A model generated the notes under the pieces. That model worked only from the letters and a program-made list of their open reading frames with translations. It was not told where the DNA came from and ran no database searches. Both the position numbers and the translations under genes were made by a program. A stretch of 64,000 bases of DNA, taken from the NCBI GenBank assembly GCA_039621445.1, contig CP154954.1, forward strand, positions 35,015,703-35,079,702. Reading direction: 5' to 3'. This document shows positions 26,501 to 38,018 of the stretch, piece after piece (the stretch's first letter is position 1; every line of letters starts with the position of its first letter). This stretch comes from Euglena gracilis. Its lineage: Eukaryota.

Positions 26501-27314
26501 GACCCGTTGGTTTCATGATTGTCGTGGTTTAATGGTAAGAAAACCATGCAGCGGGAAGGTTGGTTGCAAGAAATGAGCAGATTTAGATGGGTACATTCAA
26601 CCATTCCGGGGGACATTTATTTACCAGGTCAGCCCAGGTTACCATGTAAAAATGGACCAAATTGGGCCTTACTCCGAGTAACCGAATGGGTGTTCCAGGA
26701 GGACTCCAAAGTCAGGGGATCCGTTGTTTACATGATTGTCGTGGTTTAATGGTAAGAAAAACATGCAGCCGGAAGGTTGGTTGCAAGAAATGAGCAGATT
26801 TAGATGGGTGCATTCGACCATTCCGGGGGACATTTACCAGGTCAGCCCAGGTTACCATGTAAAAATGGACCAAATTGGGCCTTACTCCGAGTAACCGAAT
26901 GGGTGTTCCAGGAGGCCTCCAAAGTCAGGGGACCCGTTGGTTTCATGATTTTCCCGGTTCAATGGTAAGAAAAACATTCAGCCGAGAGGTTGGTTGCAAG
27001 AAATGAACAGATTTAGATGGGTGCATTCGACCATTCCGGGGGACATTTACCAGGTCAGCACAGGTTACCACGTAAAAATGGACCAAATTGGGCCTTACTC
27101 CAAGTTACCGAATGGGTGTTCCAGGAGGCCTCCGAAGTCAGGGGACCCGTTGGTTTCATGATTGTCGTGGTTTAATGGTAAGAAAAACATGCAGCCGGAA
27201 GGTTGGTTGCAAGGAATGAGCAGATTTAGAAGGGTGCATTCGACCATTCCGGGGGACATTTACCAGGTCAGCCCAGGTTACCATGTAAAAATGGACCAAA
27301 TTGGGCCTTACTCC
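11516..27314 (+). repeat. 213-bp satellite subfamily A array (about 74 monomers), with a 3-mer higher-order segment and a 76-bp insert
   Basis: Continuous 213-bp periodicity. Resumes at tccaaagtcagggg (11516) and ends at ...ggccttactcc (27314). Confidence 0.97.
25194..25269. other. 76-bp GC-rich non-satellite insertion inside one monomer
   Basis: The monomer reads aagaaaaaca|gacagctggg...ccatcagga|gcagccagaatgttgg. One satellite base is replaced and no clear TSD is seen. Confidence 0.9.
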
Positions 27315-28222
27315 TTTGAGTGCCCATTCTTGGCTTGGACCCAGTGTCTCACTTTTGACTTTTCTTGCATTGAACTTTTCAAAACTTCCAGCACAGCACA
27401 AACAAAGACAGGACTTCTTGGAGGTTCAATCAGTGACCCACGCAACCAGTGTAAGCATTTTGCTCCCTACAGAACAATTGGCGTTCTTCAATGACTTTGC
27501 AATCTTGAATTAGGAATTGCAGACTTGGCGAAACCTACACCCCCTTCCTTCAGAACATTCCTTGGAATGTCAATTGGCATTCGCAGGTCAAATTTGCCAA
27601 GTCGAAATTCCAACCTCGCCCTGATCTGCCCGCCCCCCCCCCATTGTGCCCGAATTGTCACCCCCCCTGGGCAGTCATCCCTGGGCCCTGGGGGGGGGCC
27701 AACAAAAATGTACCCTGGAGGGAATTCGGGCAATCATGAAAAGGGGATCCTGATTTTTGTGCCCAGAATTGGGCAGCCAAAAAAAGGAATTGTGGGCAAA
27801 AATCTGGGCAAGGCGGAAAATCTTCAGCTCCAAATGTCTTTATCCACTGGTCAGTTATGTGCCCTGCCGTACATCTGTGCCCATGTGGGCAAAACAGAGA
27901 ACCCCCCCCCTTTGTGCCCTGACCCTTCCCCAACTGGGCAGTGACATCCATCTCTTTGGTGCCTGCCCTGTTTAAGGGAAATCTGGGCAAATCAAAAGGG
28001 GAAAAACCAAAAGCAAAGTGCCCTGCAGGGCGAATCTCTACAAATGGTGGCTGGGCAATCACAAACCAAACCAGGAAAATGCTTACACTGATTGCGTGGG
28101 TCACTGATTGAACCTCCAAGAAGTCCTGTCTTTGTTTGTGCTGTGCTGGAAGTTTTGAAAAGTTCAATGCAAGAAAAGTCAAAAGTGAGACACTGGGTCC
28201 AAGCCAAGAATGGGCACTCAAA
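27315..28222. repeat. 147-bp inverted repeat pair (27315-27461 and 28076-28222)
   Basis: tttgagtgcccattcttggc...gtaagcatttt is the reverse complement of aaaatgcttacac...gaatgggcactcaaa. I noticed one mismatch. Confidence 0.95.
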
Positions 28223-28790
28223 CAATCAGTGTACACCCTGTACAATCAGTCAGCTCCCGGGCTTGGTCAGCCCAGATGTCATTGAGGAAGTGTCCAGAAA
28301 GATGCTGCAGGATGGACTGGGAAGATGGACCACATCCATGACAGAATGGGTACAGAAGATGCAATCCAGCAGCTGCAGATGTGGACAGATTGGGGTCCAC
28401 TGCTGTCCAAGGACTGTGATTGAAGGTGAAGCTGATCACCATGTACATACTGTGTCCCAAGAGTATGTTTTCAGGGCTTTGGAAGTTCTGCAGCAGCAGA
28501 AGAGCCCTGTCATTGCAATTACATCTGTACAATCTGTTGGTGTTCAGGCGGCTGAAGTGGAGCAGATTGCAATCATTCCGAGAGTGGAAGTTGCTGTGCA
28601 AGCTGCTGAAGAAGATGACAATCAATCTGAAGACAAGATGAAACAAAAAGAGACATCCAAGGAAAGACGAATAAGGAGATTACAATCTAAGAAGAGGAAG
28701 AAGGAGGAGCCGCTGAAGCCATTCCCTGTGCGCTGAACCTTGTGTGTTTGCTGTGATTTCATTGCAATTTAAGTGTAAGCATTTTCCTGG
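28071..28790. repeat. Perfect 19-bp inverted repeats (28071-28089 and 28772-28790) bracketing a 720-bp segment
   Basis: CCAGGAAAATGCTTACACT ... AGTGTAAGCATTTTCCTGG. Confidence 0.85.
28092..28736 (+). CDS. Hypothetical 214-codon ORF inside the 19-bp inverted repeats (Cys/His cluster, acidic then basic NLS-like tail)
   Basis: Open frame that nearly fills the interval between the inverted repeats. Contains CRCGQIGVHCC and a RRIRRLQSKKRKKEE tail. Non-ATG start in the track and no family recognised. Confidence 0.3.
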   Translation: MRGSLIEPPRSPVFVCAVLEVLKSSMQEKSKVRHWVQAKNGHSNNQCTPCTISQLPGLVSPDVIEEVSRKMLQDGLGRWTTSMTEWVQKMQSSSCRCGQIGVHCCPRTVIEGEADHHVHTVSQEYVFRALEVLQQQKSPVIAITSVQSVGVQAAEVEQIAIIPRVEVAVQAAEEDDNQSEDKMKQKETSKERRIRRLQSKKRKKEEPLKPFPVR

Positions 28791-29739
28791 GCCTTTGGAA
28801 AAACTGTCGCAAACTGGTCCTTCCCCCCTTTTTCGACCAGCTTGCCACAGTAATCCCCAAAGGGTAGGGAGATGGACAACAAACAAACAAAACGGGAGAG
28901 AATTGTGATTCGGAGGGGAAAAATTACAAAGCATAAATGTAAAGCGAACCGACGCGATTGTCCACAGCCAAGTCCAATTACCACCACCTCGACGCCAAAT
29001 CACACACGGCGGAGGGTTTCTGCGTAAACGCTCGGATAACCCACAACCAGAGGGGCAGCAGCCAGCGGCATTGCCACAGCCGTACGCGGCATTGACCACA
29101 TTCGACCACCAGTAATTGAAATTGCGCGGCCATCCACAGCCACAGCAGCAGCAGCCTGCAATGTAAAATCTTCCCACGAATCTGTCAAATCTTACTCCTG
29201 CTGGCGGCTGGCGGCTGCAATCTGCTGCCGCCTCCTCCGTCTCTGGAGTGTTCTGGGCTTGGGCTTGACTCCATCTGTCTGAACTTCCCTGTCCACAGTG
29301 GTAATCCCAGATGATGATTCCAATCTTGGAGATTGTGATGCCACAGGCATGGCCATGTCAGACACATCCTTTGACATTTTCTCTCCTTTCAGACTTGACT
29401 TCTGAGGTTTGCTGGCCGGATTCCAATTGCTCTTCTCAGGCCATTGGCCCCCTTGGTGGCAATCTTGGCTTGTCTGTTTGTACGGGAGCTGTACTGTTTG
29501 TGAGGGCGGGGCCCTGGCCCAGATGGCCTTTTCCTTGGCATTGCAATCTCCAATCTGGACTTTTTCAGTGATATCTGAACTTGTCCAAAACTTGATCTTT
29601 TCTGCCTTCCAACCTTCTCAGATCACTGGCAATAAGATGAAAACAGTACTGAAACTCCACGCAAACAGTACATGACCCTTGCCACCTGCAAAGTAAGGCA
29701 GCAGGATTCAAATTTAAATTAGGATTTGCGCGAAAATAC

Positions 29740-32700
29740 ACTCCGAGTAACCGAATAGGTGTTCCAGGAGGCCTCCAAAGTCAGGGGACCCGTTGGTTTC
29801 ATGATTGTCGTGATTTAACGGTAAGAAAAACATGTAGCCGGAAGGTTGGTTGCAAGAAATGAGCAGATTTAGATGGGTGCATTCGACCATTCCGGGGGAC
29901 ATTTACCAGGTCAGCCCAGGTTACCATGCAAAAATGGACCAAATTGGGCCTTACTCCGAGTAACCGAATGGGTGTTCCAGGAGGCCTCCAAAGTCAGGGG
30001 ACCCGTTGGTTTCATGGTTGTCGTGATTTAACGGTAAGAAAAACATGTAGCCGGAAGGTTGGTTGCAAGAAATGAGCATATTTAGATGGGTGCATTCGAC
30101 CATTACGGGGGACATTTACCAGGTCAGACCAGGTTACCATGTAAAAATGAACCACATTGGACCTTACTCCGAGTAACCGAATGGGTTTTCCAGGAGGCCT
30201 CCAAAGTCAGGGGACCCGTTGGTATCATGATTGTCGTGGTTAAATGGTAAGAAAACCATGCAGCCGAAAGGTTGGTTGCAAGAAATGAGCAGATTTAGAT
30301 GGGTGCATTCGACCATTCCGGGGGACATTTACCAGGTCAGCCCAGGTTACCATGTAAAAATGGACCAAACTGGGCCTTACTCCGAGTAACCGAATGGGTG
30401 TTACAGGAGGCCTCCAAAGTCAGGGGACCCGTTGGTTTAATGATTGTGTGGTTTAATGGTAAGAAAAACATGCAGCCGGAAGGTTGGTTGCAAGAAATGA
30501 GCAGATTTAGATGGGTGCATGCTACCATTCCGGGTGACATTTATCAGGTCAGCCCAGGTTACCATGCAAAAATGGACCAAATTGGGCCTTACTCCGAGTA
30601 ACCGAATGGGTGTTCCAGGAGGCCTCCAAAGTCAGGGGACCCGTTGGTTTCATGATTGTCGTGGTTTAATGGTAAGAAAAACATGCAGCCGGAAGGTTGG
30701 GTGCAAGAAATGAGCAGATTTAGATGGGTGCATTCGACCATACCGGGGGACATTTACCAGGTCAGCCCAGGTTACCATGTAAAAATGGACCAAATTGGGC
30801 CTTACTCCGAGTAACCGAATGGGTGTTTCAGGAGGCCTCCAAAGTCAGGGACCCGTTGGTTTCATGATTGTCGTGGTTTAATGGTAAGAAAAACATGCAG
30901 CCGGAAGGTTGGTTGCAAGAAATGAGCACATTTAGATGGGTGCATTCCACCATTCCGGGGGACATTTACCAGGTCAGCCCAGGTTACCATGTAAAAATGG
31001 ACCAAATTGGGCCTTACTCCGAGTAACCGAATGGGTGTTCCAGGAGGCCTCCAAAGTCAGGGGACCCGTTGGTTGCATGATTGTCGTGGTTTAATGGTAA
31101 GAAAAACATGCAGTGGAAATGTTGGTTGCAAGAAATGAGCAGATTTAGATGGGTGCATTCGACCATTCCGGGGGACATTTACCAGGTCAGCCCAGGTTAC
31201 CACGTAAAAATGGACCAAATTGGGCCGTACTCCGAGTAACCGAATGGGTGTTCCAGGAGGCCTCCAAAGTCAGGGGACCCGTTGGTTTCATGATTGTCGT
31301 GGTTTAACGGTAAGAAGAACATGCAGCGGGAATTTTGGTTGCAAGAAATGAGCAGATTTAGATGGGTGCATTCGACCAATCCGGGGGACATTTACCAGGT
31401 CAGCCCAGGTTACCACGTAAAAATGGACCAAATTGGGCCTTACTCCGAGTAACCGAATGGGTGTTCCAGGAGGCCTCCAAAGTCAGGGGACCCGTTGGTT
31501 GCACGATTGTCGTGGTTTAATGGTAAGAAAAACATGCAGCGGGAGTGTTGGTTGCAAGAAATGAGCAGATTTAGATGGGTGCATTCGACCATTCCGGGGG
31601 ACATTTACCAGGTGAGCCCAGGTTACCATGTAAAAATGGACCAAATTGGGCCTTACTCCGAGTAACCGAATGGGTGTTCCACGAGGCCTCCAAAGTCAGG
31701 GGACTCGTTGGTTTCATGATTGTCGTGGTTTAATGGTAAGAAAAACATGCAGCGGGAATGTTGGTTGCAAGAAATGAGCAGATTTAGATGGGTGCATTCG
31801 ACCATTCCGGGGGACATTTACCAGGTCAGCCCAGGTTACCATGTAAAAATGGACCAAATTGGGCCTTACTCCGAGTTACCGAATGGGTGTTCCAGGAGGC
31901 CCCCAAAGTCAGGGGACCCGTTGGTTTCATGATTGTCGTGGTTTAATGGTAAAAAAAACATGCAGCGGGAATGTTGGTTGCAAGAAATGAGCAGATTTAG
32001 ATGGGTGCATTCGACCATTCCGGGGGACATTTACCAGGTCAGCCCAGGTTACGATGTAAAAATGGACCAAATTGGGCCGTACTCCGAGTTACCGAACGGG
32101 TGTTCCAGGAGGCCTCCAAAGTCAGGGGACCCGTTGGTTTCATGATTGTCGTGGTTTAATGGTAAGAAAAGCATGCAGCCGGAAGGTTGGTTGCAAGAAA
32201 TGAGCAGATTTAGATGGGTGCATTCGACCATTCCGGGGGACATTTACCAGGTCAGCCCGGGTTACCATGTAAAAACGGACCAAATTGGGCCTTACTCCGA
32301 GTAACCGAATGGGTGTTCCAGGAGGCCTCCAAAGTCAGGGGACCCGTTGGTTTCATGATTGTCGTGGTTTAATGGTAAGAAAAACATGCAGCCGGAAGGT
32401 TGGTTGCAAGAAATGAGCAGATTTAGATGGGTGCATTCGACCATTCCGGGGGACATTTACCAGGTCAGCCCAGGTTACCATGTAAAAATGGACCAAATTG
32501 GGCCTTACTACGAGTAACCGAATGGGTGTTCCACGAGGCCTCCAAAGTCAGGGGACCCGTTGGTTTCATGATTATCGTGGTTGATTGGTAAGAAAAACAT
32601 GCATCCGGAAGGTTGGTTGCAAGAAATGAGCACATTTAGATGGGTTCATTCGACCATTCCGGGGGACATTTACCAGGTCAGCCCAGGTTACCATGAAAAA

Positions 32701-35700
32701 ATGGACCAAATTGGGCCGTACTCCGAGTAACCGAATGGGTGTTCCAGGAGGCCTCCAAAGTCAGGGGACCCGTTGGTTTCATGATTGTCGTGGTTTAATG
32801 GTAAGAAAAACATGCAGCCGGAAGGTTGGTTGCAAGAAATGAGCACATTTAGATGGGTGCATTCGACCATTCCGGGGGACATTTACCAGGTCAGCCCAGG
32901 TTACCACGTAAAAATGGACCAAATTGGGCCTTACTCCGAGTAACCGAATGGGTGTTCCAGGAGGCCTCCAAAGTCAGGGGACCCGTTGGTTTCATGATTG
33001 TCGTGGTTTAATGGTAAGAAAAACATGCATCCGGAAGGTTGGTTGCAAGAAATGAGCACATTTAGATGGGTGCATTCGACCATTCCGGGGGACATTTACC
33101 AGGTCAGCCCAGGTTACCATGTAAAAATGGACCAAATTGGGCCTTACTCCGAGTAACCGAATGGGTGTTCCAGGAGGCCTCCAAAGTCAGGGGACCCGTT
33201 GGTTTCATGATTGTCGTGGTTTAATGGTAAGAAAAACATGCAGTGGAAATGTTGGTTGCAAGAAATGAGCACATTTAGATGGGTTCATTCGACCATTCCG
33301 GGGGACATTTACCAGGTCAGCCCAGGTTACCATGAAAAAATGGACCAAATTGGGCCGTACTCCGAGTAACCGAATGGGTGTTCCAGGAGGCCTCCAAAGT
33401 CAGGGGACCCGTTGGTTTCATGATTGTCGTGGTTTAATGGTAAGAAAAACATGCAGCCGGAAGGTTGGTTGCAAGAAATGAGCAGATTTAGATGGGTGCA
33501 TTCGACCATTCCGGGGGACATTTACCAGGTCAGCCCAGGTTACCATGTAAAAATGGACCAAATTGGGCCTTACTACGAGTAACCGAATGGGTGTTCCAGG
33601 AGGCCTCCAAAGTCAGGGGACCCGTTGGTTTCATGATTATCGTGGTTTAATGGTAAGAAAAACATGCATCCGGAAGGTTGGTTGCAAGAAATGAGCACAT
33701 TTAGATATGTTCATTCGACCATTCCGGGGGACATTTACCAGGTCAGCCCAGGTTACCATGAAAAAATGGACCAAATTGGGCCGTACTCCGAGTAACCGAA
33801 TGGGTGTTCCAGGAGGCCTCCAAAGTCAGGGGACCCGTTGGTTTCATGATTGTCGTGGTTTAATGGTAAGAAAAACATGCAGCCGGAAGGTTGGTTGCAA
33901 GAAATGAGCAGATTTAGATGGGTGCATTCGACCATTCCGGGGGACATTTACCAGGTCAGCCCAGGTTACCATGTAAAAATGGACCAAATTGGGCCTTACT
34001 ACGAGTAACCGAATGGGTGTTCCAGGAGGCCTCCAAAGTCAGGGGACCCGTTGGTTTCATGATTGTCGTGGTTTAATGGTAAGAAAAACATGCATCCGGA
34101 AGGTTGGTTGCAAGAAATGAGCACATTTAGATGGGTGCATTCGACCATTCCGGGGGACATTTACCAGGTCAGCCCAGGTTACCATGTAAAAATGGACCAA
34201 ATTGGGCCTTACTCCGAGTTACCGAATGGGTGTTCCAGGAGGCCTCCAAAGTCAGGGGACCCGTTGGTTTCATGATTGTCGTGGTTTAATGGTAAGAAAA
34301 ACATGCAGTGGAAATGTTGGTTGCAAGAAATGAGCAGATTTAGATGGGTGCATTCGACCATTCCGGGGGACATTTACCAGGTCAGCCCAGGTTACCATGT
34401 AAAAACGGACCAAATTGGGCCTTACTCCGAGTAACCGAATGGGTGTTCCAGGAGGCCTCCAAAGTCAGGGGACCCGTTGGTTTCATTATTGTCGTGGTTT
34501 AATGGTAAGAAAAACATGCAGCCGGAAGGTTGGTTGCAAGAAATGAGCAGATTTAGATGGGTGCATTCGACCATTCCGGGGGACATTTACCAGGTCAGCC
34601 CAGGTTACCATGTAAAAATGGACCAAATTGGGCCTTACTCCGAGTAACCGAATGGGTGTTCCAGGAGGCCTCCAAAGTCAGGGGACCCGTTGGTTTCATG
34701 ATTGTCGTGGTTTAATGGTAAGAAAAACATGCAGCGGGAATGTTGGTTGCAAGAAATGAGCAGATTTAGATGGGTGCATTCGACCATTCCGGGGGACATT
34801 TACCAGGTCAGCCCAGGTTACCATGTAAAAATGGACCAAATTGGGCCTTACTCCGAGTAACCGAATGGGTGTTCCAGGAGGCCTCCAAAGTCAGGGGACC
34901 CGTTGGTTTCATGATTGTCGTGGTTTAATGGTAAGAAAAACATGCAGCCGGGAATGTTGGGTTGCAAGAAATGAGCAGATTTAGATGGGTGCATTCGACC
35001 ATTCCGGGGGACATTTACCAGGTCAGCCCAGGTTACCATGTAAAAATGGACCAAATTGGGCCGTACTCCGAGTAACCGAATGGGTGTTCCAGGAGGCCTC
35101 CAAAGTCAGGGGACCCGTTGGTTTCATGATTGTCGTGGTTTAATGGTAAGAAAAACATGCAGCCGGAAGGTTGGTTGCAAGAAATGAGCAGATTTAGATG
35201 GGTGCATTCGACCATTCCGGGGGACATTTACCAGGTCAGCCCAGGTTACCATGTAAAAATGGACCAAATTGGGCCTTACTCCGAGTAACCGAATGGGTGT
35301 TCCAGGAGGCCTCCAAAGTCAGGGGACCCGTTGGTTTTCCGATTGTCGTGGTTTAATGGTAAGAAAAACATGCAGCGGGAATGTTGGTTGCAAGAAATGA
35401 GCAGATTTAGATGGGTGCATTCGACCATTCCGGGGGACATTTACCAGGTCAGCCCAGGTTACCATGTAAAAATGGACCAAATTGGGCCTTACTCCGAGTA
35501 ACCGAATGGGTGTTCCAGGAGGCCTCCAAAGTCAGGGGACCCGTTGGTTTCATGATTGTCGTGGTTTAATGGTAAGAAAAACATGCAGCCGGAAGTTGGT
35601 TGCAAGAAATGAGCAGATTTAGATGGGTGCATTCGACCATTCCGGGGGACATTTACCAGGTCAGCCCAGGTTACCATGTAAAAATGGACCAAATTGGGCC

Positions 35701-36718
35701 TTACTCCGAGTAACCGAATGGGTGTTCCAGGAGGCCTCCAAAGTCAGGGGACCCGTTGGTTTCATGATTGTCGTGGTTTAACGGTAAGAAGAACATGCAG
35801 CCGGAAGGTTGGTTGCAAGAAATGAGCAGATTTAGATGGGTGCATTCGACCATTCCGGGGGACATTTACCAGGTCAGCCCAGGTTACCATGTAAAAATGG
35901 ACCAAATTGGGCCTTACTCCGAGTTACCGAATGGGTGTTCCAGGAGGCCTCCAAAGTCAGGGGACCCGTTGGTTTCATGATTGTCGTGGTTTAATGGTAA
36001 AAAAGACATGCAGCGGGAGTGTTGGTTGCAAGAAATGAGCAGATTTAGATGGGTGTATTCGACCATTCCGGGGGACATTTACCAGGTCAGCCCAGGTTAC
36101 CATGTAAAAATGGACCAAATTGGGCCTTACTCCGAGTAACCGAATGGGTGTTCCAGGAGGCCTCCAAAGTCAGGGGACTCGTTGGTTTCATGATTGTCGT
36201 GGTTTAATGGTAAGAAAAACATGCAGCCGGAAGTTTGGTTGCAAGAAATGAGCAGATTTAGATGGGTGCATTCGACCATTCCGGGGGACATTTACCAGGT
36301 CAGCCCAGGTTACGATGTAAAAATGGACCAAATTGGGCCGTACTCCGAGTTACCGAACGGGTGTTCCAGGAGGCCTCCAAAGTCAGGGGACCCGTTGGTT
36401 TCATGATTGTCGTGGTTTAATGGTAAGAAAAGCATGCAGCGGAATGTTGGTTGCAAGAAATGAGCAGATTTAGATGGGTGCATTCGACCATTCCGGGGGA
36501 CATTTACCAGGTCAGCCCAGGTTACCACGTAAAAATGGACCAAATTGGGCCTTACTCCGAGTAACCGAATGGGTGTTCCAGGAGGCCTCCAAAGTCAGGG
36601 GACCCGTTGGTTTCATGATTGTCGTGGTTTAATGGTAAGAAAAACATGCAGCGGGAATGTTGGTTGCAAGAAATGAGCAGATTTAGATGGGTGCATTCGA
36701 CCATTCCGGGGGACATTT
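29740..36718 (+). repeat. 213-bp satellite subfamily A array (about 33 monomers)
   Basis: 213-bp periodicity. Ends at ...gggggaCATTT before the LTR. Confidence 0.97.
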
Positions 36719-37129
36719 AGTGTACGTCCAAGGACTTCCCTTTGACCCCTTTTGTCCCGGAAAAGCCTGTTTCGCTTTCTCCTGGTGCGCACCTACTTAG
36801 GTGAGTAAAAATCCTTGGAGTAACAAAAGCCCTTTTCCCAATTCCCCTATGCTAAGGCAGAGCACAAAGCAAGGCGCTGTAGAAGGATTTTCCTTCACAG
36901 TCGAGTTCAGTCTTTTCAGAGGTTAATCCTCTTGCTTCAAAACAATCAAAATGTGAAGAATAGAATACCACCTGTGAGGAAAAGAGATCACGCAGGCACG
37001 TGTGATACGTGTCGCTAAATCCCATAGGATCTGCCACGATCGTCAGGCTGTGTTCATCACAGCCGTCAGATTGTGACGGATCCAGACTCTGCAGGTTTCC
37101 CACAGAGCTGGGATCGTGCCTGGTACACA
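36719..37129 (-). repeat. 3' LTR (411 bp)
   Basis: Direct repeat of 53012-53422. Two substitutions spotted (gcagg/gtagg and ctggg/ctagg). Termini on the minus strand are TGTGTAC...GTACACT. Confidence 0.96.
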
Positions 37130-37139
37130 TCCCCCTCCC
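37130..37139 (-). promoter_or_regulatory. Polypurine tract
   Basis: The minus strand reads GGGAGGGGGA immediately before the 3' LTR start TGTGTAC. Confidence 0.85.
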
Positions 37140-38018
37140 AGGGCTATGCCCGATTTCCTTCTTGGACCAGGTCATCCCAGGTCCCGTCAGGATTTCAGAC
37201 ACAGCCCTGATCGGGTTCTGTTTTCCAGAACACGGATCTCTTTTCTCCACAGGGGCGCAACCCAAAAACCCGAAAACGCGCAAAAGGTTACCGCTTATCG
37301 CGGTTACCTATTAGCCGTTTCGGCTTAGGGGTGCGAAAAAGCCCACTGTGGGAAATTGGGGCTTGGCAGGTTTCCTGTCAAAGTATCCCATCCACCCACT
37401 TTGGGTGCGCCAAAGGCACGCGGGGTTGGTCAAGCGATTCGCTGAAAACCCGAGGGGAGAGGTGTGGAAGGGGGGGGGCAGGCTCCTATCCTGGTCATAC
37501 CCGGATAGGGCTCCTAGGCGGTCATATCCGCACTAGGAAACAAAAGCCTACTTACAAAACCGACTGCCGGCGACAGCTTTGCGGGGGTGGGGGGAAAGTA
37601 GGGAGGAGAGGGGGGCTGGCTTAGGCCAGAACAGAATTTTTGCTGTCTGGCAGCCTTAAGGGCCTTAGGGCCGAAAAGTGACAAGTTGGCCTATTATTAC
37701 GGCGTGCGCGCTGTGTGCTGTGCGTCACTTAGCGGCTTGCCAGGTTTCCCGGCTGCCAAGGTCTTCACAGCAGTAGCTCCTTCACGACGCAATAAGAGGC
37801 GATTACCTCCCGCAGACGGTTTCCGTCCGCATGGTCACTGGTATAATGGGTTGGCAGGGGGGGGGGGCTCTTGGATGCTTCCATCCAGAGCGCTGAGGGA
37901 CACAGACCCAGGTTCATCCCAGGGCTGTTTAGCGATTTCCGCTTCCAGTGTATATATATAGTGTATGAGCTCCATGAAGGCGCTTACCTTACATGGGCTT
38001 GGTAATGCCGTTTCGGCA

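Larger units (their letters stand above)
27315..29739. mobile_element. Unclassified 2425-bp insertion flanked by an ACTCC duplication, with internal inverted repeats
   Basis: The satellite stops at ...ttACTCC (27310-27314) and resumes at ACTCCgagtaa (29740-29744). No recognisable transposase or RT. Confidence 0.65.

Noticed and set aside
11516-36718. Dozens of 60-70-aa ORFs (MSWFNGKK..., MSPGMVEC...) in satellite A
   Set aside because: These are by-products of the repeat, mostly with non-ATG starts, toggled by a single gagtaa/gagtta variant.
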